In this document: positions 35,934 through 48,335 of the stretch, one piece after another | How positions within the stretch are numbered: the stretch's first letter is position 1 | Layout of the letters: each line of letters starts with the position of its first letter | Source: Dimorphilus gyrociliatus | Lineage: Eukaryota > Animalia > Annelida | NCBI GenBank assembly: GCA_904063045.1 | Contig: CAJFCJ010000019.1 | Location: 2,920,684 to 2,984,683 of the forward strand | Length of the DNA stretch: 64,000 bases | Direction: 5' to 3' | Translations under genes and position numbers: made by a program | Notes under the pieces: model-generated | Database searches by the model: none | What the model was told of the DNA's origin: nothing | What the model saw: only the letters and a program-made list of their open reading frames with translations

Positions 35934-38267
35934 ATGAGTGATGACGAAGAAGTTGAAGAATTAGGCTCAGGTGACGTTGATTCGGAGAACTTGACGGCTA
36001 TTAAAATATCTGAGAAACTCGTTGAGGCTATTCGCTTAAATAATCCTCCAAGATTTAGACGTCTGATAAATAAATATCAACAACAAGCAGCTCAGATCTG
36101 TAATACCCCAGGACCAGACCTATATTGTGCGACTACCGCAGCAGCTGATCTTGGTAATACGTCTCTCCTCTCTGAGTTATTTGAGAAAAATGTCCCCTTA
36201 CATTGGTCAGATGGACATGGCTGGATGCCTCTACATGTTGCTTCTAGAAGTGGGAGAGTTGAAGCCGTAAAATTTCTTATAGAGGAAGTAAAAGTAAACC
36301 TTGATTATAAAACTCGAAGCGGTTGGACAGCTCTTCATCTTGCCATTCTAAAAGATCACGACTCTGTAGCCGAGCTTCTAATAAGACATAGAGCAAATGT
36401 AAACGCTCCAGGCCCCAATAACTGGACACCAATCCATATTGCAGCCCATGGCGGTTTTGATCAAATACTAAGTAAAATTATTTATTTTGCTGAAAAGAGA
36501 ATTGATTTATCAGCGAAAACCGATGGGGGTAGCACAGCTATATCTTTGTCTTTAGCTCAACAAAGAACTGAGGCTTTCAGGCAGCTTATAGCTATCAAAG
36601 GATCAAATATACTAAAAGATGGTCTATACCCTATTCATCTTATTTGTCTTTACTCCAGAATAGATGCCTTTAAAGCTTATATAGAAACAGAAGGATATGA
36701 TTTAAATACTATGTCAGAAGATGGTAAGGGAATGACAGGTCTTCATATAAGTTGTCAAAGAAATGATGTAGACATGGTTCGCTTACTGCTCGGTAAAGGA
36801 GCCGACCCAAACTTAAAAGATGTTGAAGGGCGAATGTCTACACACTATGCGGCTGAATATGGGGATGCTAAGCTAATGCAGGTTCTGTTAAGTCATCGCG
36901 CCTACCTGAATACTCCTGATATAAAAGGGAATATTCCGCTTCACATCGCAATTGAGAAAGGAAATAGATCGGTTGCTCGTCATATTATCCCACTCTCAGA
37001 GATAAATAGTAGAAATGTAGATGGCTTCGCGCCACTCACTAGTTGTGCCATCTACTGTCTTCCAGATATCGCAGATTTATTAATATCAGAGAAAGGGCGA
37101 ATTGACTGTAATATTCGCGATTCAAAAAAACGAACTCCCCTTCATCATGCTGCTAATAAGGGAAACTCCCAAATGATAAGAAGTTTAATAAAAAATGGAG
37201 CAGCAGGTTGGCTCCAGGATGAGAACGGCAAAACGCCTTTACATATAACAAGTGCTAGAGGTTTTAGTCAATGCATGAAAATTTTACTAAAATCCGGAAG
37301 TGTAGTAGACAGTCGTACATACGAAAATCTAACTCCTTTACATATGGTAGCCAATGAAGAGGTCTGCAAGTTACTTTTGGAGCATGATGCTACAGTAAGT
37401 GCCAGTTGTGATTGTGAATCTTGGATGCCAATTCATTTTGCAGCCTACAAAGGTTTAGCTGAAGTTTGCGAACTATTGTTGGAGGCAGGTGCGGGAGTCG
37501 ATTCTTTAGCAGCAGATAATATTACACCACTTCATTTAAGTGCATTTCAAGGTCAAGTAGATATCTTAACATTATTTTTGGAGAAAGGTGCAGCCGTTAA
37601 TAAGATTTCTCAAAAAGGTCGTTGGACATCTTTACATATCGTTTCTGAGAAAGGTTATCATGAGTGTTCAAAAATACTTCTTGACTATGGCGCTTTACCT
37701 AGCCTTTGGAGCAGAACAGGAGATACATCGTTGCACACAGCTTGCAGATGGGGTTTCGACAAAATTGTAAACGAAATTTTGAATAGGCCTAATATAGAAA
37801 TAGATTACGATGCCGCAAACTCAGTTGGGTTGACTGCTGTTGCTTTGGCCTCTCGATATGGCCATGTATTATGTGTACAGCGATTGATACAGAGCAAAGT
37901 TAATATAGAGAAAAAGGATGATGACGGAGATTCACCCCTTCACTTAGCTGTAAGGAATAATCACGAAGATGTTGTCAAAATGTTAGCTTCAAATAAGGCT
38001 GATGTTAATTCTTATGGTTGTGGCGGCTGGACACCTTTACACCTTGCTTCGTCGTTTGGCTACATTAGTGTTATTGATTCACTGTTATCTTCACCTGAAA
38101 TTGAAGTTGACAAACCAACAAATGACGAAAATCGCTTGACAGCCATCTCCTTAGCAGCTATTGAATCTAAAGAAGATTGTGTCAGATTGCTGGCAAGTGC
38201 TGGTGCAGCTCATAATCAACCTTCAAGATTGGGCCAGCGGATTCGTTCATTTTTGCAATCACAATAA
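35934..38267 (+). CDS. Ankyrin-repeat protein (roughly 20 repeats), coding region intronless
   Basis: 777-aa ORF with repeated G.TPLH.AA..G...v..LL..GA motifs from start to end. Confidence 0.93.
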   Translation: MSDDEEVEELGSGDVDSENLTAIKISEKLVEAIRLNNPPRFRRLINKYQQQAAQICNTPGPDLYCATTAAADLGNTSLLSELFEKNVPLHWSDGHGWMPLHVASRSGRVEAVKFLIEEVKVNLDYKTRSGWTALHLAILKDHDSVAELLIRHRANVNAPGPNNWTPIHIAAHGGFDQILSKIIYFAEKRIDLSAKTDGGSTAISLSLAQQRTEAFRQLIAIKGSNILKDGLYPIHLICLYSRIDAFKAYIETEGYDLNTMSEDGKGMTGLHISCQRNDVDMVRLLLGKGADPNLKDVEGRMSTHYAAEYGDAKLMQVLLSHRAYLNTPDIKGNIPLHIAIEKGNRSVARHIIPLSEINSRNVDGFAPLTSCAIYCLPDIADLLISEKGRIDCNIRDSKKRTPLHHAANKGNSQMIRSLIKNGAAGWLQDENGKTPLHITSARGFSQCMKILLKSGSVVDSRTYENLTPLHMVANEEVCKLLLEHDATVSASCDCESWMPIHFAAYKGLAEVCELLLEAGAGVDSLAADNITPLHLSAFQGQVDILTLFLEKGAAVNKISQKGRWTSLHIVSEKGYHECSKILLDYGALPSLWSRTGDTSLHTACRWGFDKIVNEILNRPNIEIDYDAANSVGLTAVALASRYGHVLCVQRLIQSKVNIEKKDDDGDSPLHLAVRNNHEDVVKMLASNKADVNSYGCGGWTPLHLASSFGYISVIDSLLSSPEIEVDKPTNDENRLTAISLAAIESKEDCVRLLASAGAAHNQPSRLGQRIRSFLQSQ

Positions 38268-38395
38268 TTCCAATTGTTAAGTTTATTTACGTATTGAATA
38301 TATGTATAACAAAGCTTAAAGTTGCCTTTTAAAGGTCTGACAGTGAGACAAATTGGTTTGCGAATCAATTTTATTCCAGTAGAGAATAAGGTTTT

Positions 38396-40904
38396 TCAAT
38401 TTAGATCTTCGAATAAATGACCAAAATCTGGAAGTAGAGGCTCAGCAATCTCCACTTTTTTAAGCCTATATAAACATAAATCATATGAAAAATTTTTCAT
38501 AATGAATCCATAATTAATTACTTTGTAGTGACTTGTTTTAAATTTATTTGACAAGCAGCCGGTTGCAAAGTATATCCCGATTGTTCATCATCTAAATGGA
38601 AATAAGTATATGTTAAATTTAAAGTATTTATAAAATAATTGTACCATGTATCCCTTCTGGAACATCTTCGAAGATTGTATGAAATGGCACGGTAGTAGAC
38701 TCTTGGCGCGCGTTAGGATGTAGTAAAATAAAACCATTGGCTACAAGAGGCGAATTTTCAAAATATAAATTTCTAAGCAGTAATGAGAGACTATTTTTCT
38801 TCTTATCTGGTTTTAGGATATCTTCCAATCGTAATTGATGAATTATGACACCACAACCTACGAATAAAGAATATTTTTTAATATTAATTTTAATGTCCTT
38901 ATTCTATACAATTAACAATACAACTTGTATTTATCTTAACTGCGAGAGCTAATTGGGCAGTCGGAGATGCCTTTTGAGATTGTGCTATTTCGCTTGTATT
39001 TTCAGAGAATCTTAGTAGAAATGTACCAGTTTCTTGATCATTAAGAATTTTAGCAGCTTTGCTTTTGCTCACAAATCCATAAATTATCCTGTAGAGATGA
39101 TGAACAAAGTTTATTTAATTGGCCTACTTCAAATGGAAGAGATGAAAACACAGAAAATACTTTCCCCTTTTCCCAATAGTTTTGCAATTCATCAATTGCC
39201 AAGTTCATACAACATTGCCACCATCTCCAAACAGTTACTCCTTTAGCGTTTTTCGATAAAAAGTGCTGTTAGAAAGTTATATATAAGTAAAGATAAACAA
39301 GAAGCAGTATATTTATAATTCTACTTTTTCAAATGAACCCTTTGTGAGAACATCATCCTCTAACTCTGTTTAAATTGGTTTGTAAAGAAGTTATCATATT
39401 TATAAGAACTCTTTATGAACAATAAACTAACCAAACAACTCTTTTAAATAACTGAAATGCTCATCGGCCAGTGACATTTTTAAATGTTTATTCCATTCTT
39501 GCTTTAGAGCATTAGCGAATACTGACCATTCGACTTTCATAAGAGGTTTGATTATTCTTAATTTCAAATCCATCTTGGCCTAACGTAATTAATTACACAA
39601 TTAAAACTATGAAGGGATATATTGAGACTTTGAAACTGACTTCTGAGAAATATTTGCACCAAAACAGAGCAGCTTTTGCTTCAACTTCCTGAGATGTTTG
39701 TGTAATGATAACTAATGGGCTTGATAGCGCTATACAATTATTTAATCCCCAAAATATTAAATCTTTTTCAGAAAAATTGGCCCTATATAATACATAATAA
39801 ACTTTTCCAGCAACAGGTAAGTTATTTTCTCTTGATCTATCTCTTTGTTGGTTAGTTTGACCTCTTCTATCTCTTTCAAACTGAATAAAGATTATTGTGT
39901 ATAATTGTTATTAATTTAAAATAAAACTATTAATAAACCTTAATATTGAAGGTAGCTGAAACCGCTCCAGGATGATTTTGTTTGCATTCAAGTTGATAAT
40001 ATATCCCATTTTCCCAATTACCCTGTATAAGACGTTCTTGTTCTATGATAAATGCTTCGTAATTTACACGTGAAAAGAATTTCGAACCCAGTAGCCTTTT
40101 GGATTTTATCTAAATATCAAACAATGTAAATAATAGAATGAATAATATTTACCAAATTTCCGTGCTATCAATATCCGCTTTTGCTCTAGTAGATAAAATT
40201 GGATTTGGATTCTTCTTGACTATAAGCAACTCGTTAATAAAGTCTTTTACATTTGTCCTAAAATCATAACAGGCTGTTGAATATAAATCAGATGACTCTA
40301 AGTCATTTATCTCTATAATCTTAATCAATTCCTCCATAATATCTAGAACTTCCTTTACTCTGAATTGTTTGAATTAAGATAATACAGTCAATTAATTGCA
40401 ATTAATCAGACGTAAGATATTTACATCGAATCAATGACCTCCAGAGTTGTGTCATTAACCGGCTGAAATTGTTTTTGACAAGCGGAGAAATGGATTATCT
40501 TCTCCTTAAGAATCGAACAGGTAGTTCGTATATCTTTGAAAGGAATTAGTATATTAACCAGAGCTTCGGGTCTGATCTTTAAGTTAAAAATATGTATATA
40601 AATATTTAAAATCAATAAATTATTCTAAAAAATTCTATTAAACTTACAAAATCAGCTTTTTTCGCATCTTTTATATATCTTTTATACTCCTAGTTCAGAA
40701 GAAAAGTGCACATAGAAAAAGGTAAATTATCAGTCAATTATAAATATACAAGCCAATTCGATTTTAAGATATCATGCTTCATTTCCTTCCGACACTCTTC
40801 ATACATTTCGTTAGAGCTTCGTCTTCTAAAAAAATTAATGTTTATTATATGAAATTCACACGAATTAACAACCTCCTCTTCAACCTTTTGCATGTACTAT
40901 ACAT
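38396..40904 (-). CDS. STAT: Divergent, N-terminally short STAT transcription factor, about 12-13 small exons
   Basis: Spliced exons give SSPLVIITQTSQEVEAKAALFWCKYFSE (DNA-binding domain end), KVEWSVFANALKQEW..LADEHFSYLKELF and TVWRWWQCCMNLAIDELQNYWEKG (linker), IIYGFVSKSKAAKILNDQETGTFLLRFSE (SH2) and a C-terminal SGYTLQP tyrosine motif. Confidence 0.85.
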
Positions 40905-41464
40905 TGTTAGGGACCAAATGAAAATTTTCGCAAAATCTACAGTTTTGTAACCTAATGATAGTTTCGTTTCCCCGAAATCAATGTTTAGACTATAGATGGC
41001 GCTTAAAAAATATGGCGTCCCAAATCGTTAAGTTTCGATATTAAGTCGTACCTGTTTATTATACTTATTCTAAAAAACTAAAAATAGAACAGGACAATAT
41101 TGAATTTTCCTATAAATAAAACTGAATAATTTGAGTGTACTCATTAGCTGAGCATTTTATTTCCAAATGTTAGAATACTGTAAAATGATCAATATTTACA
41201 ACTATTAAATTTCTAATCATTTTTTTTTGATATAAGATGTAAATATAGTCTAAATTGATGTAAGTAGTATACAAGTATGAAGGAGGATCTTAGCATTGTT
41301 TGAATAAATGAACATTCAAAAAAAGAACATTTTATGTTACAGTTTGAGGAATATAATATTTTAGAAAGATATTGACACTATCGTACAATATTGACATATT
41401 GACAGCTATATAGGATAAAATGCATTTTCAACAGTGATAATAATTTAAGCATCAGATAGCAGCA

Positions 41465-44400
41465 TCAAATAGCGGATTCTTTCCCTCTCCTTCTTTGCCT
41501 GGCAGGTGGCATATATGGCAAATCATTGATCTGTTGTCAATAACATTCATATTTTAAAAGATATTTATAAATTATTTCATTATACGAACATCATCTGGTG
41601 ATGTAACTAATAAACAACTCGTCTTTTTTACTCGTCTAGACGATCGTGGAGCGGTTAAAGACTTTGAATCTGCGCTAGGTGTGCTTAAAAGATTCTCCGT
41701 TGCTGGAGTAAGAACTCCATCTGTTTAAAAGCAATAGGTCTAATTTTAGTAAAAGAAAAAAAAGAGCATTTATTCTTATATTACCTTCGTGCGATATTTT
41801 AGCTCTACCACCCCGTCTGGGTCGAAGTTTCGGAAACTCATTTTTCGATGATTCAGAACTACTAAGGTCGATTACGCAAGATGAATCATTCAAATCAAGT
41901 GTTATAGGCTCAGTGGCCGGTTTCTTTTTTTTCCCCTTTCTTACAGCTTTTTCTTTCTTTTCATTTTCATCAGCAACTGTAATTCGTTTTTTCCTTGTTT
42001 TCGGTTTCGGCTTTTCGGGTGTGTCATCCTTAGCTTGATAATCTTTCATTTTCATGTTATTTAACTGCTCTAATTCTTCAGTAAGTAGATTAATCTTTTC
42101 ATCTTTTTCCTTCATAATTGTTTCAATTTGCCGAACTAAAAGATCTTTTTCACTTCGAAATTTCTATATTAAGCAATTTTTAATGTAATTACTTTTAATA
42201 TACAATAACAACAAAGAAAGAAACTAACGGTTGTATTTTCGTCTAGACTCTTATTCTCTTCTTTTAATTGTTCATTTCTCTCTTTCAGCACTGTGCATTT
42301 CTCTTCGAGAGCCTATAATATTTTATTACTCTTTCAATATACTTTTAAAAAAAATTGTACTATCATTTAAACCTTAAACTTCTTTTTTAAAGCCAGAACA
42401 GTCTCTTCGCTATTGTGTACTTTCGTTTCGCTGACCTCCATATTAGAGAGTTTCGTTTTCAAATCTATTTTGAAAAAACAATCAAGCTATATTTAACTAC
42501 AAAAGAAAATTAATAAATCTTATCTGATCCAATTATATATACCTTGATTTTCGCTCTCTAATCGACTACTTTCAGCTTCGAAAACTTTAGAGTCCATTAA
42601 GAATTTATCACGTTCATTTTTCAATTTTTCGCATAGATCGTTATATTTTTTTCTATCGTTTATAATTTTATTATTCATTTCGTCAATTTCATTTTGTAAT
42701 CTTGTTTTTGTTTCTAAGACTTCGGCATTTTTAAATTCATGAGAATTTTTAAAGGAATTCAATTCTGAAAGAACGAAAAAATAAACTATAATATTAGAAA
42801 AAGCCTTTTGAAAAAACAAACCTTCCGACAAAGAATCTATTCTTTCGTTAAGCGACTTTATGTCTTCGGTCTTTTGATCTATAATCAAATCGAGATCTTC
42901 TATAACCATATCTTGATCTTTTAGACCAGATTCAAGTTTTTTCAATTCTTCATCTCGAGCTGAAATATAGATTTAACAATTAAATTAATTAATCTTTGAA
43001 ATACAGTTTAAAATGACTTACATTTAATTGTCTCCTCTAATCTATGATTTTCCTCTTGTTCGTTTCTCAACTCATCTAGTAGTTTCTCTATATCGTAGTG
43101 ATTATCTAACGTCTAATTAATAAAAAACAAATCAGTTTCTTATCAATAGATAACCATTCAATAGCCTACCGTTTTCAATTTCTCGTTATATTCTAATTCT
43201 CTGCTTTTCATATCTTCAATAAGGCTTTTATTCTCTTCAATTGTTTTAACGTATAAAGATTTCGAAGAATTAAGTTCTTCTTCCGTATCTTTTAATTTTC
43301 GCGATAACTCGTCATTCTAATTAGAAAGATTATTTAGAAATTAATTAACAATTAACAATATTCAGATTTTTAAACCTCTTTTTCAGAATTATCAAGTTCA
43401 CTCTCAAGTTTAGTAATTCCTCTCTTTAACCCATCAATTTTTTCAATACTATCATGATTTATTGCGTTCAATTCATTGAAATCGGCCTCCAATTTTGCAA
43501 CAGTTTTAGTAAGTTGATCGTTCTGTAATAATATTTATAAAGTCGACTGTTTGATATGAATTAAAACATATTATATACTTGATCAGTTTTCTGTTTAAGG
43601 GTAGTTTTGAGTTCTTCAACTCGTTCTGTAAGAACCTCTTTATCTACATCGCTACTCTTACACAACGCACGACTATTAAGAAGCTTTTCCTTCAAATCAG
43701 CAATAGTTTTTTTAAGTTCTTCGTTCTGCAATAATTTAATGTTTATAAGTAGAAAATATGAAAATTCATATTGTTACCTCAACGTTTCTTTCTCCGCCAT
43801 CTTTTTCAAATTTATTTAATTGATTTTTAAGAATTTCATTCTCGTCCGAAAAATCTTTACAACAATCTTCACTATCAAATAATTTACTTTCCAGTGAGCA
43901 AATCTTTTCTTTAAGATTCGTCTCTTTTTGAGAAAAAGTATTTTCCAATTCTTTTATTTTTCGATCATTATCTTGTTGAGTTTCTTCTAATCTATCGTGT
44001 AAATTTTTAATTTCAATTTGAGAACTTTTCTGACTTTCAGCTTCTTTTTCAACAAGTTTATTTTCTAAATCTTTCAATTGATTCTCATAAATCTTCTGTG
44101 CTTCCTTCATGGAGTTTTCCATATTTGTAATTTTCTCCTCATATTCGGTTTGTTTTTGTGATAATTCACCTTCCAAATATTCAATCCGCTGCTTCGCAGT
44201 TTCTTGATTTTCTAAGAGTTGATTTTCCAAAACTTTAATTTCTTGTTTTGAATCTTCTTTATTTTTAGTGATCTGTCTCTTTAAATCTTCAGTGGCTCGT
44301 GCAAGATTTTCCTGACTTTCAGACAATTGGCACTCTAGATCCTTTATTTTTTTATCAGAACTTTCTTCTTTATCCGATAATTCGATTTTTAGATTTTGAA

Positions 44401-47400
44401 TTGCTAATTCGGAAAATTCTTCTTTCTCTGTGAGTTGATTCTCAATATATTCAATTTTTTTATGATAGAGTTCTTCTTTTTCAGAAAATTGTCTTTCAAA
44501 ATCCTCAGTCTTCCTTTCAGAATAATCTTGCTTTTCGGCAAGCTGCTTCTTCAAATTTTCAATTATTTGATTAGAACTTTCCTGCTCTTCGGAAAGCTGC
44601 TTTTGTAAAGACTCAATTTTTTGTTTTAAATTCTCTTGTTTTTCGGAAAATTCACTCTCTAAGCTTTCAAACTTTTGCTTGGAAATTGTTCGACTATCAG
44701 AAAGAGTATTTTCTAATTCTTTAATTTGAGTTTTATAATCCAGTTGATTTGTAGAAAAATCAGTTTCCATACTTTTAATTTTCTCATCAAACTTTAATTG
44801 ATTCTCAGATATTAAGGCTTCTAGTTGTTCAACCTTCTCCTTGTAGCAACCACTCTGCATTTAAAACAAATACTATAAATCTATTTATTATAATACTTTT
44901 AATTACCTCAGATGCTTTGCGATCAGCGACACTTTCAAAAGCTGCTAAATCTTTCTTCAAATTAATAGTTTCTTCACTTTTACTGTCATACAACTGTTGA
45001 ACATTGAGCAGCTCTTCTTTTAAAACTGAAATCTGGTTTTGCAGTTGCCGATTCTAAAATTTATAACATAGATTTTGTAAGAATAGAATATGAAAAGTGA
45101 TGATATAAAATCAAACCTCTTCACATTTCTTTGCATCAGCGATTTCCTTCTCGGAAATGATCGACTCTAAAGAAGTAATTTTTTTATTCTTATCATCACC
45201 ATGTACCATTGAATTTTCAATTTCCTTTCGCACTACTTTAATTTTTTCTAATAACTCTTCTTTCTACAATTAATTATTACTAATGAAGTAATATATATCA
45301 GTATGTATAATGTTACCTCTAAGACTAATGACTTTATCTCTTCTGAAAGTTCCAAGTTATTCTTATTTAATATCTTGCAATTCTTTTCCGTTTCTGTGTT
45401 CGAATTTCTTTCAGCAATTAACTTCTCTTCGTAAAACTTGATCTGTTTCTTCATATCTTCATTCTTAAAGTATTTAAAGAGTTTTTATCATAATGAAGCA
45501 GTTGAAATTTTTTTTTATCAAAAATTACCTCTTTCCTTTGTAAACCGAACTGAAGCTCGAATTTCGTTAGAGCAGCATTTAAATTTTCATTTTCGGATAC
45601 AGTATTTTTATAAGATGTTTTCGTATTGTCCAGTTGCAATTCCAAATCATTTATTTTATTCTTGAGATCATCAATCTGTTAATTTAAATGTATTATAACT
45701 ATTTATAAAACATAATAATCTGGAGATTTACTTGTGTTTCATAGTCGTGTGAACTTGTATCAGACAGTGAGTCATTTAAGAGACATCTTCGTTTTTTAGG
45801 CTTTTTAACCGTATCCACAACATTTTCAATTTTTTGCTCATATTTCGTTTCTAATCTGGAAAATTAATGTTTTTTTTTAATTATATATTTCATTTTTAAA
45901 ATTTAATTAACCTACCTCAATTCTAAATCAATAAGATCCTGCTCGTGTCTCTCTTCTATCTCTTTGATAAGATTATCATAATTTTTGCACAGTTTTTCTC
46001 TATCAAGCAAAAATTCTTCCTCTTTCTTCTCTTTGTCTTTTTCCAATTTTTCAAACAAAATCAGCATCTCGTCCACTGTGAGAGTTGAATTACCGTCGCA
46101 GTCAAGCGTATTTAATGTATTGTTTGCATGGCATTTTGGAGTTGCTTCAGCTTCGTCTAGAGAGACACGATAGTGATTTAATGAAGAATTTTCACTTTCT
46201 ATATCTGTTTCATCTGTTTCATCGTAAATACCAAAATTCTTTGGATCCATATGAGCAGCAATAGTTGCAGGTGATCCCCAGGGGACGGTAATATCAGCAG
46301 ATTTAGTTCTAGCCAATCTTTCTAAAAGTGGTTTAGGCTCTTGATTCTGAACGAGGACTACCTCCTGAGCGATTGCAGAAAACTTTAGAGCATGCAATGT
46401 TTCATCAAATACACTTTCTGATTGATTAATATTAACAATCATTGTAACGGATCCGTTTCCGCAGAAAAAGTTTTGAAAGAGTCTTGTTAATTTTGAATCA
46501 CGAAATGGAACAATATTTTTCTTCCTTGTATCTTTTTGATTAATTTTTAATTGTGTTATACATCGCCCTAATGCGAGTAACGAAGTATTAATATTCCCTG
46601 ATTCTTTCAATTGAACTCCCACAGCTTCTGTTTTCGACGAACGTTCAGCTCCTGCCAAGTCGCAGAATGCCAGCATATTGACTTTAATGCTTCGACTACT
46701 AGCTAACTGTTGTTTGTTAATTATACTTTTAGGAATTCGAACAAGTCTTATTGTGAAAATGCCATGAGATCTGCTTGAATGTTGATTCAATTTGGTACAG
46801 GCGAATTTTAGATTTTTCTTTCCAACAATCAATAACTTTGCCGCTTCTTCCGCATTGGTAATTTGTACTTCTCTTAAACCTCTAATATATGGTAACTTTT
46901 TTTTATCTTCAGTTAAACGCAAGGCCTGTACGTAAAAGTTCTTTTTTAAGTATTATCCATTAAAAGAAAATTACAAACCGTTCTTCTACGCTTCTTGGGA
47001 ACAGGAGAAAGTAAATCGTAAATAAATTCATTGTAAATTTCTGCGTAACTAGCGTAGACTGCAAAATAATAATCTTCGTTATCTAGCTCCACACTACTAC
47101 TTTCTCTTTCGCGAGCAATTTCTTCTTCAAGAAATTTCCTTATTCCTTCCTCGTCATCTGCATTACTACTAACAATTGAAGACTTTGAATTAAACGATGA
47201 CAACGAATTCATTTCCGAGGATGAATCAGGAACACTTGATGCATTTGGTAAACTACCGGAATCATCTTCAAGAGGAGGAGGTATATCTGCCATTTTTAAA
47301 ATATCTTCTTTTAACTTTTGCTCTTGTTCAATCTCGCTTTTCGATAAATCAACCAGGGAGCAAAATCCAAAAGGTTTTACAGTTGTTGCCAACCATTGTC

Positions 47401-48018
47401 TAGTTCCTATACTGTTAAAAATAACATCTAAAGAACGTGGCATGACACCCGGGTTTTTAGGTTCTCCTTGCATAGTATATGTTTTGCCACTGTTTGTCAC
47501 CCCATATGTAAAAAGTAGAGAATTTTGTCCTGATAAAAACGTCTTAACTGCAGGTAACATTGTGTTATCAAAAAATACTTTCTGAGATGTATTTTCTTCA
47601 AATATTCTTGAAAAAGTAAATTTTGATGCCTGAACTTTCCCTTGGGTATGAATTTGATTTTTATAACGATGGCTATCCTTTGGAGCATGCATCAATAGGG
47701 TTCGATTGGATGTTATATCTACCATATCCTAAAAAAGAATTAATACTTCATTTGGAAAGTAAGTATAACACTAATATCAACTTACCCTAGGTCCCTCCGA
47801 TTCCCGTTTGCCATTTTCATCTTGAGGTTTGACTCTAAGATATACTTTCATATGTTCATCGTTTACATTTTCCCCCTCACACGCTTTGAAATCATTGTCC
47901 AAATCTCGTTTTAATAATCCAATTTTTGGAATATCCGTACTTATTGAACCCTTCCGAAATGAGGGGTCCAAATATGACTCGTACAGCTCCACGGTCAATC
48001 GATTCATAACTTTGTCAT
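41465..48018 (-). CDS. KIF20B: Kinesin-6 (KIF20A/KIF20B-like) with long coiled-coil stalk; last exons approximate
   Basis: KVYLRVKP, GVTNSGKT P-loop, large loop-6 insertion before SYAEIYNEFIYDLL, NQHSSRSH, CDLAGAER, NINTSLLALGRCI, VPFRDSKLTRLFQ; more than 1000 aa of coiled coil; basic C-terminal tail. Confidence 0.88.
43800..44845 (-). repeat. Degenerate 54-bp (18-aa) tandem repeat, about 17-18 copies, in one large kinesin exon
   Basis: Consecutive 18-mers such as QKFESLESEFSEKQENLK / QKIESLQKQLSEEQESSN / QIIENLKKQLAEKQDYSE / RKTEDFERQFSEKEELYH / KKIEYIENQLTEKEEFSE. Confidence 0.8.
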
Positions 48019-48199
48019 GAAGTCTTTCTTTCTGACTAGATTCTCAAGATCAGACAAAAGATATGGTTACCTCTGAAAAATAAGTCACAGTTCCGAGAAA
48101 AAAACGATTTTTTTTGTGATAACAATATTAGAATTTTCTTCGTTTAAATATTTAATTTTTGCTCTTCTTTAAAATTTAATCAGTAAAAGATTGACGGAA

Positions 48200-48335
48200 T
48201 TCAAACTTCATGTAGCCAGCTAACGTCCAAATTTTCGTTCAATGGTTGACCAATCAACGGCCAGCTAAGAGTTTAAAAACGATTTCACGATTGGTTTAAA
48301 TATTTCAAAACATTGGACTACTGCCATCTGGTGGC
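48200..48335 (-). promoter_or_regulatory. Kinesin-6 promoter: three CCAAT boxes, two TTTGAA (CHR-like) elements and a CTCF-like motif
   Basis: CCAAT/ATTGG at 48250-54, 48290-94 and 48312-16; TTTGAA (minus) at 48200-05 and 48304-09; GCCACCAGATGGCAG (minus) at 48321-35. Confidence 0.45.
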
